Source: Octopus sinensis
Taxonomy: Eukaryota
Assembly (NCBI RefSeq): GCF_006345805.1
Contig: NC_042997.1
Span: forward strand, 187,116,001-187,180,000
Direction of reading: 5' to 3'
DNA length: 64,000 bases
Shown here: piece by piece, positions 1 to 12,708 of the stretch
Numbering within the stretch: the stretch's first letter is position 1
How the letters are laid out: each line of letters starts with the position of its first letter
Position numbers and translations under genes: made by a program
The notes under the pieces: generated by a model
The model's input: only the letters and a program-made list of their open reading frames with translations
The model's database searches: none
What the model was told of the DNA's origin: nothing

Positions 1-164
1 ATTCCAGGACTTATTCTTTATGAGCCTAGTATTTATTCTGTTTTTTTTTTTTTGCTGAACCACTAAGTTATGGGGACATATACGTTCCCCCATTGGTTGT
101 CAAGCAATGGTGGAAGAGAGACAAACACAGACACACAAATATATATATATATATATATATGTAG

Positions 165-611
165 CAAATTCGCAAATTCAATGACTGGAACCTGTGCCAG
201 TGGAACGCTAAGAGCACCACCCGAGCGTGATTGTTGCCAGAGCAGCTAACTGGCTTCTGTGCCGGTGGCACATAAAAAGCACCATTCAAACGTGATCGTT
301 ACCAGCATCGACTTACTGGCACATGAAAAACAGGTGTCACTGGACTGGCTCCTGTGCAGGTGTCACATAAAAAACCCCACTTGAGCATGGCCGTTGCCAG
401 TACCACCTGACTGGCCCTCATGCCAGTGGCAAGTAAAAGCACCCACTACATTCTTGGAGTGGTTGGCATTAGGAAGGGCATCCAGCTGTAGAAACTCTGC
501 CAAATCAGACTGGAGCTTGGTGCAGCCATCTGGTTTGCCAGTCCTCAGTCAAATCGTCCAACCCATGCTAGCATGGGAAGTGGATGTTAAACGATGATGA
601 TGATGATGATG
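165..611 (+). mobile_element. RTE 3' UTR-derived short element (5'-truncated LINE or RTE-tailed SINE)
   Basis: Ends CCAACCCATGCTAGCATGG...TTAAACGATGATG, like the intact RTE 3' end. Confidence 0.85.
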
Positions 612-829
612 TAGATAGATAGATACATATATATATGTACACAACAGGCTTATTTCAATTTTCATCTACCAAATCTACTCAGCCCGAGGCTATAGTAAAA
701 GACACTTGCCCAAAGTGCTACACAATGGGACTGAACCCAGAACCATGTGGTTGGGAAGCAAGCTTCTTACCACATAGCCATGCCTGATAGTTTTTTTTTT
801 TTTTCAGCTTCCATTTACCAAATCCACTC

Positions 830-1057
830 TTAACCTTTTAGTATTCAGATTACTCTGTCAAATGCTCTGCTTGCTTTTTCACATTGCTTTGAATTTACCA
901 TGGATTATCTTATAGCTAAGACATTTTCATGATGAGAATATTTAGTTTTAGAAAGACATTGTAGGCTAGGTGTGAGAGGCTAGATCTGGCCAGTTTTAAC
1001 ATAAAACTTGTAGAATATTTAGGCCGGATATGGCTGGTTTGAATGCTAAAGGGTTAA
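830..1057. mobile_element. piggyBac-type MITE (family F1); partial or decayed copies at ~12620, 13760, 29808-30035 and 37400-37623
   Basis: TTAA-CCTTTTAG(T/C)ATTCA ... TGAATGCTAAAGGG-TTAA. Confidence 0.75.
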
Positions 1058-1773
1058 GTCTTTGGTCAGCCTGGGGTTATTGTAGAAGACACTATTTAAA
1101 TTTGTCAGTTATATATTACCACCAACTCCTGACATGAGCTTTATTATCCTTGTTAGTCTCAGGGGAAAATTTGAGAAAAAAAACTAACCAAAGAATGCCA
1201 AATATGACATGTGAATGATACAAGATCAAGAGAAAATAAAGATTGAAGTTATTATAAACCTGTCCAACCCAATCTGGTTTAGAAAATAAGATTTTAAAAT
1301 GTCGGTAATCTTCATAATGCTGTTGAAGAATAGGATGATTTTGATGGCAAAATATTTGCCTTTTGTTCGTTAATTTAAATCTTTAAATTCAAAACATTCA
1401 AACTAAAAGTAATGAAGAAATATTAATGTACACTGAATTGTATCTCTGAAAGGGTCCACAAAGGATTTAAGACGAAGATATTTAATTTAATTTATTTTCC
1501 CGAATCTTATTGTGTTCTGTCACTTATGAAGAATGGAGGAACATCATCATCATCATCATCATCATAAGAATGTGTGTAATGAACGTCAGTATCTGACTAG
1601 GGATTTTTCATAACATTTCCTATGATGGAATGAGCTTGTCCCTTCTTGGAAATTCTGCGGTAATACAATGGAAGGAGAACAATTAGTGGAAGATTGAAAG
1701 AATGTCTGAAACTTTTAAAGACACTTTTCATGAAATTGTTGTAGAAGTGTGTATGTATGAGTGTGTATATAAA

Positions 1774-1812
<39 letters not shown>

Positions 1813-1925
1813 ATTAATGGTGATTTTCAAAAGACTAGGATAAAAAGAAAGCTAAAGAGATGCATAGAGTAAAACGGTAAAAATAGACAAATAGAAAAGA
1901 AAAAGTGAGTGATATAGATAATGTG

Positions 1926-1991
<66 letters not shown>

Positions 1992-2785
1992 TTACACTGA
2001 AAGCTCAATAGATAAAACCACATTGCTTCTGTTTTCTTCAATAACAAAGAAAGATGGTGGCTTTATAGCATAACATTTAGCTTCACGGAAACACATTTCT
2101 CCTATTCTTTCTGCCCAACAGGTTAATTCCTTCATTGAATTTGAATACAATATTTTCTTTCACTGCTGTCAAGTAATTATTGAAACCAATTTTACAGACT
2201 GCTTTTACCAGGAATTCTCTACATGGAAAATATGAATTTCTGTTGTGTTCTCATTGATAAAATTAATGGAGTTTCTTTGTGGGGAAATTGAAACTAAATA
2301 GAGGAAAATCATTCTGATAGAAGAGAACTAGAATAAATAGAACAGAAGTAGAATAATTTTAGTATTCCCCAAATAAATTGTTTCTAAAATTTGAAGAGAT
2401 TCTGGCTCATGATGGCAAACATTTAAATGTCATTGTAGCCTTGTTAGTAAGAGGTTGAAAAGGTGAGATGTTAGTACAAAGCTTACTTGAAAGAAGTGTA
2501 CCATTATTTAAAGACTACTCAACAGATGAGTTTTTATTATTTCATTCAAATCTGTTCAAGATCTATTTATGTGGTGGAGGAAAGAAAAAAAAAATACCAT
2601 TAACTTTATCTAACAAGGTTAAAGCCTGCAGAGTTGTCCCTAACATAAGGTCAGCATCATTTGTTATTAAGACTGAAAGAGGTTATTGTCTGTTATGATC
2701 TATTTGTCAAATTGATAAAAGAAAAAAAAAAAGCAAGCTAAAAGTAAAAATAAAAAATAAAAAATAAAAAAATTGATTTCCGTTC

Positions 2786-2929
2786 TCAGTGTCCTGTCAA
2801 CTCTTCTTTTGTGAGTTTGCGAAAAGTATATCTGCATGATAAATAAAGCTGTCCTCCTATTTCTGTCCAGTGTATTACTAATGGAACAGGAGTTTGTCTC
2901 TCTAGCTTTCTAACCCTTGAATATAAATG
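2786..2929 (-). CDS. Candidate terminal exon: HLYSRVRKLERQTPVPLVIHWTEIGGQLYLSCRYTFRKLTKEELTGH*
   Basis: Acceptor ccattattttag followed by 47 open codons of protein-like composition. No homology recognised. Confidence 0.2.
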   Translation of the reverse strand, partial: HLYSRVRKLERQTPVPLVIHWTEIGGQLYLSCRYTFRKLTKEELTGH

Positions 2930-3639
2930 TCTAAAATAATGGCTTAAGATTTTATATAATGTGAACAATATATTTAGATGATATAAATAATAATAAAATA
3001 ACTTCATTCTTTCTTTCCAATGGTACATATCAAGTCTAAATCACCAGAAAGAAATGGAGATTTTTCTCTTTTTATCATCAACAAACATTTTGAAGAAGCA
3101 GTCTAAAGGGAACAGATTGGAGAAAGAAAACTTTGGTGACTTGAAGATATGTGATCTGGTTGATTATTTTCTTATTGAGAGTTATCTGCACAAATTCAGA
3201 AAAAGAGATTCCCATTTACATAGAAATATAGTAGGCAGATGGTGAACATAATCTCTTTTGAAGACAGAAATTTTTAAAGTAAGAACTGAAGGAAAAAAAA
3301 CTCCAAAAGTACATTGTCTTTCCCAACCTGAGAATTATTCTATATTGGTTATAAGATGCATCATCGCTTATGTTTTTGGGATCACAGGAGATTTTGGGTC
3401 TTTCTGTATCAGGCTCCCTTGCCCAGGAGCTACCTCTTAGTCCTGTATACTGATTTTAACAGTTCTAGGTAGGTATTATAGGTAATTTTAAAATTTTATT
3501 TTGTTATCCTTGATATTTTTGTACAGACATTCTCAAGATGATTTTTTTAGAAATTCAAGATTTCATATTTGTTAAAATAAATCTTGGAAAAAAGAATGTT
3601 TTTAGTCAGGTGTCATTTATATGACACCTAACTAAAAAT

Positions 3640-3905
3640 ATTCTTTGTTTTTGGATTTGGTTTGCAAGATTCTTTATATGAGTTCGTGTGTTGAAGCATA
3701 TTCTGTTGTGTCTGGGGAGAGTCATTTTCTTTTGGTGCTTTATAATGTAACACACGCACCGGTAAAATTTCCACTTATTTCTTATTTTTATGTTCCTAAA
3801 ATTTTCGTTGCATCTTGCAACCTTTTCAATAGTCTTGACTATTGAAAACGAGTGTGTTACATTATAAGGCACAAAAAGAAAATGACTCTCCCCAGACACA
3901 ACAGA
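3640..3905. repeat. Palindromic repeat family, copy 1
   Basis: Outer inverted repeat 3703-3904; central TTTTCAATAGTC-TT-GACTATTGAAAA. Confidence 0.85.
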
Positions 3906-4470
3906 CTAAAAATATACTGTTATGCTGAATAAAATAAGCAAAATATTATGTATGCTTTGTATAAGAATGGAACTATAACAGGATTTTAACTTTAATCTAA
4001 CATCCACTATGAATCTACAATCACTCATCATCATTTTGTAGTTATTTATGTGTTTGAATGAAGAAAAATATAAGTAGTTATTGTGTGACTGCATCCTATT
4101 GGACAGTAAAATAGAGAATGATATAACAACTTATGTTGTACAGCAGGTTTAGTAGTAATCTCTGTAGAATTAGCATTCTTTTGACCCTTTTGTTACTATA
4201 TTTCTGTTGAATCACATTTCTTTTTTATTTTTTTTAATTAACTTTGAAAATGATGAAGAATTTATTAAAATAATGTTCTCATTATTAAGTTGGTGTTTGG
4301 AATACAAATTAACATGAAACTTTGATGGAAGGTTTGAATTTAGATCATTTTAAAACATGAAGTTTGTATCATAGAATCAAGGGTGATTTCAGACAGATTG
4401 GTATCAAGAAAGTTAGAATATATATATTGGCAACAGAGGCAGTATTAATACAGAGAGTTAATATTAATCC

Positions 4471-5016
4471 TCTGTTAGAACAAGCTATACTGTGGTAGAT
4501 ACCATGAGAGAAACTCTTATTTTAGCTTTTGATGCAAAATTGCTAATAGGGAGATAAGTCCCCACTATCTTTAGTGCTGAGATCACCAAATCACGTGATT
4601 TCGACTTTCCTTGTTCTTTTCAGTGATGGTAACTATTACAGTATATTTTGTTCTAAAAGAACATCCATGTTTCAGTGGGGGTAAATTAAATATTATCTCT
4701 TAGTTTTAATATTGCCTCTGCTACTGGCATATATTTTTTGATAAGGTCACTGGCTAACTGCAACAGCAGTGCCTGTTCTGGCACTGTTATTCTATATATT
4801 GCTGGCAGAGATGACTTGCTACTATCTCTAGTGGTTTAGCATCCATCATTGACAAAATTAAGCAAGGTTAAAATCATATAATCTGGTGTCTTGGTACTTG
4901 AGATGGCAGGGATTTATCTCCCTCCAAGCAATATAAACAAGAGTACATTTTGTGCCAAAAGCCATTATGAGAGTTTCTCTCATGGCAAATACCACAGTAT
5001 AGCTTGTTCTAACAGA
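4471..5016. repeat. 47 bp inverted repeat pair (4471-4517 and 4970-5016); the same module also occurs at ~4630-4700 and 7140-7220
   Basis: TCTGTTAGAACAAGCTATACTGTGGTAG...GAAACTCT, with 3 mismatches between arms. Confidence 0.7.
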
Positions 5017-5049
5017 ACATCCATGTTTTAGCGGGGATAAATATTACCT

Positions 5050-5927
5050 CCAATAAAGTTAAGGACCAACAGATTCCAGCTATTGTCATAGTTGAAACTC
5101 TGGGAATTTCCCATGAAAGAGTTGGCAACATTATCCATGATATTCTGGACATGAGAAAGCTTTCTCATGTCCAGAATATCATGAGTGCAGATCAGAAGTG
5201 CATCAGAGCAACGACATCTAAAGGGATTTTGGACTGGTTTGCAGCAGGAGAGGCTGATTTCATAGCTTGTTTAGTCACCATGGATGAAACATGGCTTCAG
5301 CATTATGATCCCCAGGCCAAGCAGCAGTCAATGGAATGGTACCACAGCGGTTCAATGCATCCAAGAAGTTTTGGACCCAGAATTTACCTGGAAAGATTGT
5401 GACTTCAGTGTTCTGGGATAAAGATAGAATACTCCTCATAAAATACCTGCCAAAGGGTCACACCATCAATACAAAATACCACATGTCTTAATTGGACGAA
5501 CTGCATGAAGCTTTGAAGCAGAAATGCTGTGGAAAGCTGAGCTGTGGTGTTCTGATTTTGCAGAACATTGTACCAGCACACACAGCACATGAAATTCTAT
5601 GGAAAAATATGTGATTTTGGCTTTGAACTGGTAGACCACCCACCTTACTCTTTTGACTTGGGTCCCCTTCCGACTATCACTTCTTTCCACAACTGAAGAA
5701 ATATCTTGAGGGAATGAAATTTCACTCCAGTTCGGAAGTGATCACTGCTACAGAGGCTTGGTTGGTGGCCCAACCTTCTTAGTTTTTTTTACAGGGCTTA
5801 GAAAAACTGAAGGACTGTTGCACTCAGTGTGTGAATCTGAGAGGGCAATAAGAATAAAATCATAATTAATTGATTCTCCTGTATTTTCTTTTACCCAAAA
5901 CCAGGAACTTTTCGGCCCCCTCTTGTA
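5050..5927 (+). mobile_element. Decayed mariner transposase with right terminal inverted repeat and TA
   Basis: Motifs LVTMDETW, GKIVTSVFWD, HPPYSFDL and LKKYLEG; ends GGCCCCCTCTTG|TA. Contains stops and frameshifts. Confidence 0.9.
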
Positions 5928-5966
5928 TATATATTTGTGTGTGTGTGTCTGTGTGTGTGTGTGTTG

Positions 5967-6038
<72 letters not shown>

Positions 6039-6279
6039 TTGTGTATGAATATATGTATATATATAAGTAAACATGAAAAAGCAAAATGTTTGGCATCACT
6101 TGAAAAAGACAGATAGAGAATATAAACATAGCACTCATAATATATACGTATTATTTTATGTCAGTTGACAAAAATTCCTTATATAGTCTGTACACACACA
6201 CATTCTGTATCCTCATCATCATTTGACATTTGTTTGTATATATATATATATAAATATATATATGTATATATATATATAC

Positions 6280-6430
6280 ACCTCTGTCTTCCCTTCCTTG
6301 GATCTTTCCTTTTCCTATGTTTCTGAGAAAGAGCTCCGCTCGAAACATTAAATCCTCCTTCTTTCTTTCCTTTCCTGAGCGTCCAATAACACTATTCTTG
6401 TTCCACATCCTCGCATTGTGCTTTCATGTT
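6280..6430 (+). mobile_element. Penelope-like terminal-repeat remnant with a decayed hammerhead-like motif
   Basis: GTTT-CTGAGAA-A-GAGC(tcc)GCTC-GAAA-CATT-AAAT at 6319-6353, with a mutated core; flanked by (TA)n. Confidence 0.45.
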
Positions 6431-6443
6431 TGGATTAACTATG

Positions 6444-6514
<71 letters not shown>

Positions 6515-8499
6515 ATAGTTGTGTGTGAGTGAATGTCCTTACTTTGACACTGTGCAAAAGTTGTAACCGAATGCCCCTTTCAGACAAGGAATATCCTTCA
6601 TTTCTAGTCTGCAAAAACATGTCCAGCTGTGGAGAAATAGTACCTTGTTTGGAAGAAACAGGAAAGACATCTGGCCATTGAAAAATCTGCCTTGGTGAAT
6701 TCCATATAACCTAAAAATGGACATTAAAATAATGATGATGATTATGAAATATGGAACTAAATATTGCAAAACAATTGTCTGACATTCATACTCTTTGAAA
6801 CTTCTATGCATTCTATCCAAAGAATTATTAATCATTATGAATGGAAGAGTAGTGGTTTGATTAGCAAAATCATTAGCTCATTTTTCAAAATATTTTGCAG
6901 TATTTAGTTATAACCTTTTGCATTCTGAGTTTAGCATTTTTAATACCACCTCAATTCTGGGAAGAGAGTATTTTCAAGTTAAAGGAAAGATGGAGACGCA
7001 TTGTGCAACAAAATGGTTCATATTTGGTTGATTAAAAATGTAATGGCAAGTATTTATTGACCTTTTACTTTCTTTTAAAAATTGGCAAGAACTTTCCGGA
7101 CAACCCAATATTAGTGACTGTCAGTGTTAATACTGAGTGGTAATATTTATCCCCACTTAAATATGGATGTTCTGTTAGAACAAACTATACTGTGGTAGTT
7201 ACCATGAGGGAAACTCTCACATTGACTACTCCTGCTACCTCCAGCACTGAGACCACCAGATCACATTATTTCAACCATAATATTTGATTTATGAAAAAGG
7301 GCAGCTGTATCATTGAAAGAAAATAGATGCTGAAATTGAAACAACTCTTGTATTATGAAAATAGAAAAGAAAACAAAAATTTGTGAAGAACAATACACTA
7401 AACATCTGTAGATATATTCATAATATGTGTTGGAAATCCTCTTGGGGAAATAATATATTGTGTTAACATATGTTTGTTCTATAACTATTCATAAAAGCTT
7501 GGAAATGAAAGAGGAATGATAACAATTAAGTGAAATACAGTGAACCAAGTGGGGAAAAGTTTCAAAAGAGTTTCTTTTTCAACACAATGGTTTACTTATT
7601 TGCTGTTGTTTTTACTTCTGGAAGCAAAAATAATTTTACATCTGAAGGGTTATGCAATTAATTCGAAACTTTACTTGAAAAGTAAGCAAATATTTATCTG
7701 GTTGTTCTGGAGAATTGCCAGCTTGTAACTTTATTAGCAGACATGTTAAGTTATGTCATGAGAATTAAGTAATAATGAACTTGATTGGCATTTTAATTCA
7801 TGCCCATTTAGAAATATCTCAGTATTTTCTATTCACTAAACGTTACTTCCTTGTGTCAATTTTGGATCCTTTTGCTTTGACCGGCAGATTTTAAAAAATA
7901 ATTTCTTTGTAACTAAACACTTTTAAACTTCTTATACTGGTAGAATGTGTTTATAAAACATCTTTGACAACGATCCAGAGATATTGAATTCACTTCAATA
8001 GACATCATTGATTGGTTGAAATTGCCGAAATGCAAGAAATTAAAGAACAAATAGCTTACAAACTACAGAATTTTCTCAAGAAAGCCAAGAGAAAAAGATG
8101 TTTTATAAACACATTCTACCAGTATACAAAGTTTAAAAGTGTTCAGTTACAAAGAAATTATTTTAAAAATCTGCCGGTCAAAGCAAAAAGATCCTCAATT
8201 TCTACTATGGCTACTACTTGGGTTTTTAATTACATATCCACAGACTAGATAGGATAACAGATCTGATATGTTCTGACTGTTACACTTGACTCTATTTTGT
8301 CAATCATTGTATAGCAGAGGGTACTGTGTTGGCTTAGAGTCTGACTCATGATGGCATATTTGGATTATAGGTCCCTTAGGCTGCACCTCAGTGTTTTATT
8401 AGCAAATCCATATCTCTAAATGTATGGGAACGGAATTTCACAAAACTCACAGGCTTTTTGAAATATCTCCTCAGATAGAAAACCATATAATTTAGTAAC

Positions 8500-8857
8500 T
8501 TTAAGGCCAGCGCCGCCTCGACTGGCTTCCGTGTTGGTGGCACGTAAAAAGCACCATCCGAATCATAGCCGAAGCCAGTGCCGCCTCGACTGGCTTCCGT
8601 GCAGGTGGCACGTAAAATGCACCAATCCGACCGTGGCCGATGCCAGCCTCGCCTGGCACCAGTGCAGGTGGCACGTAAAAAGCACCCACTACACTCACAG
8701 AGTGGTTGGCGTTAGGAAGGGCATCCAGCTGTAGAAACATTGCCAGATAAGACCGGAGCCTGGTGCAGCCTTCTGGCTTCCCAGATCCCCGGTCAAACCG
8801 TCCAACCCATGCTAGCATGGAGAACGGACGTTAAACGATGATGATGATGATGATGAA
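8500..8857 (+). mobile_element. RTE 3' UTR-derived short element
   Basis: Near-identical to 21995-22280 in the opposite orientation, with a (GAT)n tail. Confidence 0.9.
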
Positions 8858-9872
8858 GGAAGTATGTATGTAAGAAGACTAATGTTTTTATAGCAACAAT
8901 TTGCATTTAGTTTCAACATTCTTCCTCATGTTTTGCAAAGCCATTGGAAGATCAGTGATAAGTTTTATTTCTATAATTTTTTTTTCTTTCAAAAATCTGC
9001 GATTGCAGTACAACCAACCTCTTAGGAAATATCCTTGGGGGATTGTGTAACCCACTAAGTTCCTTTCTTTTATTTGTTACTTTTTGAGTTTCTCTCAGCA
9101 GAATTTTCACTCAAAAGTTCTAGCCACCTGTCTATTTGTCAATTATCCAGTTGGCTTGATGTTTAACCACCAAGTAATTTTGTTCTTAATAACTAATTTG
9201 CTGTTAGATAGACTGAAGCAAGTAAAGCCAAAACTTAAACTCCAGGGAACAGCACAGGAGCTAAAGCATCAAGAAATTGACATTGTCTATTCTGCTTTTT
9301 CAAATGGAAACACGGAGTTCACATCTATTTTATTTCAAATTTATTTTAGAATCCTCTTTTTTTTTATGTACATAACGGTTTGAGTAGGTTTATGTTGTTA
9401 TAATGTTTCTTCAGGATAGGGTGTCTTTAATTAATTAATCACTTGACTATAAAATTGCTGTGGTGCCCATTTTCAGCTTGGTTGACTGAAGCAAAAGATA
9501 GAGCAATGCATATTGGTAACAAATATAATATTACATCTATGTTGAACATGAACACGAATCTTAAACCATTCATCAATTATCACTTATCTACAAATATGAA
9601 CATTTCAATATTTCAAAAGATTAGCAGATTATCAAAAATGTGTAGGACAAAATATTAAGGGTAGGCGGGTGGAAATGTGAGTAATGTTTTCCTATCACAA
9701 GATGGATTTGAAAGGTATGATCAGTTTTCATTTTTTATAGTATTGCTCCTTTAGGTTTTTAATGACAGGAAGTACTTATGATTAATTCTACATATAATTT
9801 TATTGCATTGCACCCTGGTGAGATGATATGTTCTTAGCCTGAAATCGAAACTGAAACTGAAATAGGAACATA

Positions 9873-10692
9873 TACTAGAAAATACATCTGCTAAGAAGGG
9901 GCTTATCAAAATAATAAAAATAATTGAATCATCATCATCATCATAATCATTATTGTCGTTTAATGTCTGCTTTCCATGCTGTCAAGGGTTGGATGGTTTG
10001 ACTGAGGGCTGGCGAGCTAGAAGGCTGCACCAGGCTCCAATCTGATCTGGCAGAGTTTCTACAGCTGGATGCCCTTCTTAACGCCAACCACTCCAAGAGT
10101 CTAATGGGTGCTTTTACGTGCCACCAACACGAGGGCCAGTCAGGCGGTTCTGGCAACGACTATGCTCAAAAGGTGTTTTTTACATGCTACCTGCACAGGA
10201 GCCAGTCCGGTGGCACTGGCAACGACCACACTGTGGCATTGTGGTTTAATTAAAAGAGCAATGTAGTGAATAAGTGAAGGAACTTTACTAGAAAATACAT
10301 CTGCTAAGAAGGGGCTTATCAAAATAATAAAAATACTCAAATCATCACCATCATCATCATCGTTGTTTAATGTCCACTTTCCATGCTAGCATAGGTTGGA
10401 TGGTTTGACTGAGAGCTGGCAAACCAGAAGGCTGTACCAAGCTCCAATCTGATCTGGCAAAGTTTCTACAGCTGGATGCCCTTCCTAACACCAACCACTC
10501 CAAGAGTGTAATGGGTGCTTTTGCGTGCCACCAGTATGAGGGCCAGTCAGGCGGTTCTGGCAACGATCATGCTCAAAAGGTGTTTTTTATGTGCTACCTG
10601 CACAGGAGCCAGTTTACTGGCACTAGCAACGACCACACTGCAGAACTGTGGTTTAATTAAAAGAGCAATGTAGTGAGTAAGTGAAGGAACTT
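9873..10692 (-). repeat. Tandem duplication (413 bp period), each unit containing an RTE-tail element plus flanking DNA
   Basis: Units 9873-10285 and 10286-10692 both begin TACTAGAAAATACATCTGCTAAG and end GTGAAGGAACTT. Confidence 0.9.
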
Positions 10693-11829
10693 GTGAAAGA
10701 ATAGATAAAGTAGGAATGGTATCATAAAGAGTAAAGGAGTTGTAGGAAAGGATTAAAATGTGAAGCAGAAATTTCCTTAGTAGATTCTTCTATATTAGCT
10801 AGTAATCAGATAATTAACAAAGTTTTATTAATGTTGTTATTTAGGTTATTTTAGGCAGTTGTGATTATATTCATTGTTAGTTAACTAGTTAATTAGCAAA
10901 TTCCTTGTTAAATGTGAACTATTAAAGGTTATGTGATCATGCGCTAATGCGAGTCACATGTACATTAACATTTGCTTTTAACAACAGATATTCTTCCAAT
11001 AAAGTAACCTGTTAATGTCCAAATCACAGCATTAAACCATGTACAGCACATGTTCCTGTGTAATCTAAAGCTATATTAACTTTGTTGCAGATCTTATGGG
11101 CTGAATCAATGGATTGGCCACAAGCAGTTAATTCTGTCTGTGCAGTCATAACTCGATTGACACTGCAAACAAAGCAAAGTCCACACTGTCCTAGCAGAGT
11201 AATTTATCAATAAAGCAAACTATTAATATCCACAAAACTGAGGGATGTAGATCCAAGCCACGTTTAGATTATTGCACTTTGGTAACACCCTATTTTTTTT
11301 TGTTTTTTCTTTTTCTTTTTTTTTTTGGCTTGGTTTTAATGGATATCTGTTTTCCATAATAATAATTGATGTGTCTCCATTTGTGATGTATCAGTATTAT
11401 ATAAATTCATATCAATAGTCTACCACTTTTATGTCATACCTCAAGACAGGAGAGGTCATCATGCCATATGGATATGTTTTGTTATATCAATAATCTATTA
11501 GCTTTACAGTGCTTTCATTCACACTACACAATTTGATACCTTAGAGGTTATAAGAAAGAATCTAAGGTTCGTTATAACAATAACACAGTAGGAAGTCTTT
11601 TACAGTGGAGATCTATTTCACAGTTGGTTATTGTACATGTCGGCACAGCTATATCAATAACTCAGCTGGATATGCTTTTAACACACCTGATAATTTATAT
11701 CAGAGTATATAGGCCTTTCAGTGAAGAAGTAACGATGTCAGTTTTGCCTTTAGGTAAGGAGAAGGTAAGAAAATTGAGTTCATGAGAATAGAAATCAATG
11801 TCATTTCTCAATTGCAGTTTCGATGTTAT

Positions 11830-12420
11830 ACTTCCATTCTTTTCATCATCAACACCATCATCATCGTTGTCATCATCATCATCATCATCGTCGTTGTCGT
11901 CGCCGTCGTCGTCGTCATCATCGTCATCGTTGTCATCATCGTCATTATCATCATCATCATCATCATCATCAGCGTTGTCGTCGTTGTCATCGTTGTTGTC
12001 ATCATCATTATCATCATCATCATCATCATCAGCATTGTCGTCGTCGTCATCATCGTTGTCGTTGTCATCATCATCATCATCAGCATTGTCATCGTCATCA
12101 TCATCATCATCATCATCATCACCATCACCATCGTTTAATGTCCTTTTTTTCCACGCTGGCATGGGTCAGACAGTTTGACAGGAGATGACCAACCAGAGAG
12201 CTGTCCAGGCTCCAATCATCTGATTGGTTTGGCATGGTTTCTATGGCTGGATACCCTTTCCTAATGCCAATCACTTTATAGAGCATGCTGGGTGCTTTTT
12301 ACATGCTTCTGGCACTGGTGCTTTTATGCAGCACTGACACAAGTGTACTTTACATGGCACTGGTGTGAGTGCACTTTACATGACACAGCACAAGTGCATC
12401 CTGTGTGGCACTGGTACCTG
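11830..12420 (-). mobile_element. RTE-tail element whose (GAT)n tail runs into a ~300 bp (ATC/GTC)n array
   Basis: The array at 11830-12135 runs directly into TTTAATGTCC...CCACGCTGGCATGGG. Confidence 0.8.
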
Positions 12421-12708
12421 CAAGGCAAAGACCTTCTGACTAATTACTATTTACATTTCTTAATTAGTCCTACAGGTGAGGCAAATGGAAATAGTAAAAA
12501 AGTTCAGCAAAAAATCTCCATTGTCTCATGTTTGAATTTAAAGATTTAAAATAATAAATTAATGATATTTTTTCCAAAGTAATCTTTCATATTGATACCA
12601 TAAATCAAATCCCTTTTTAGTTTAACCTTTTAGCATTCAGATTACTCTATCAAATGTAATCCTTATTTATTCACATTGTTTTGAATTAATCATGCATTAT
12701 CATTATAG

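Noticed and set aside
2468-3440. Cluster of 60-80 aa plus-strand ORFs as a gene
   Set aside because: No recognisable domain and no consistent splice chain; within chance expectation for 64 kb.
11695-12188. ORFs of 101-155 aa (poly-D, -S, -H, -M, -I)
   Set aside because: Open in nearly all frames because of a stop-free trinucleotide repeat.
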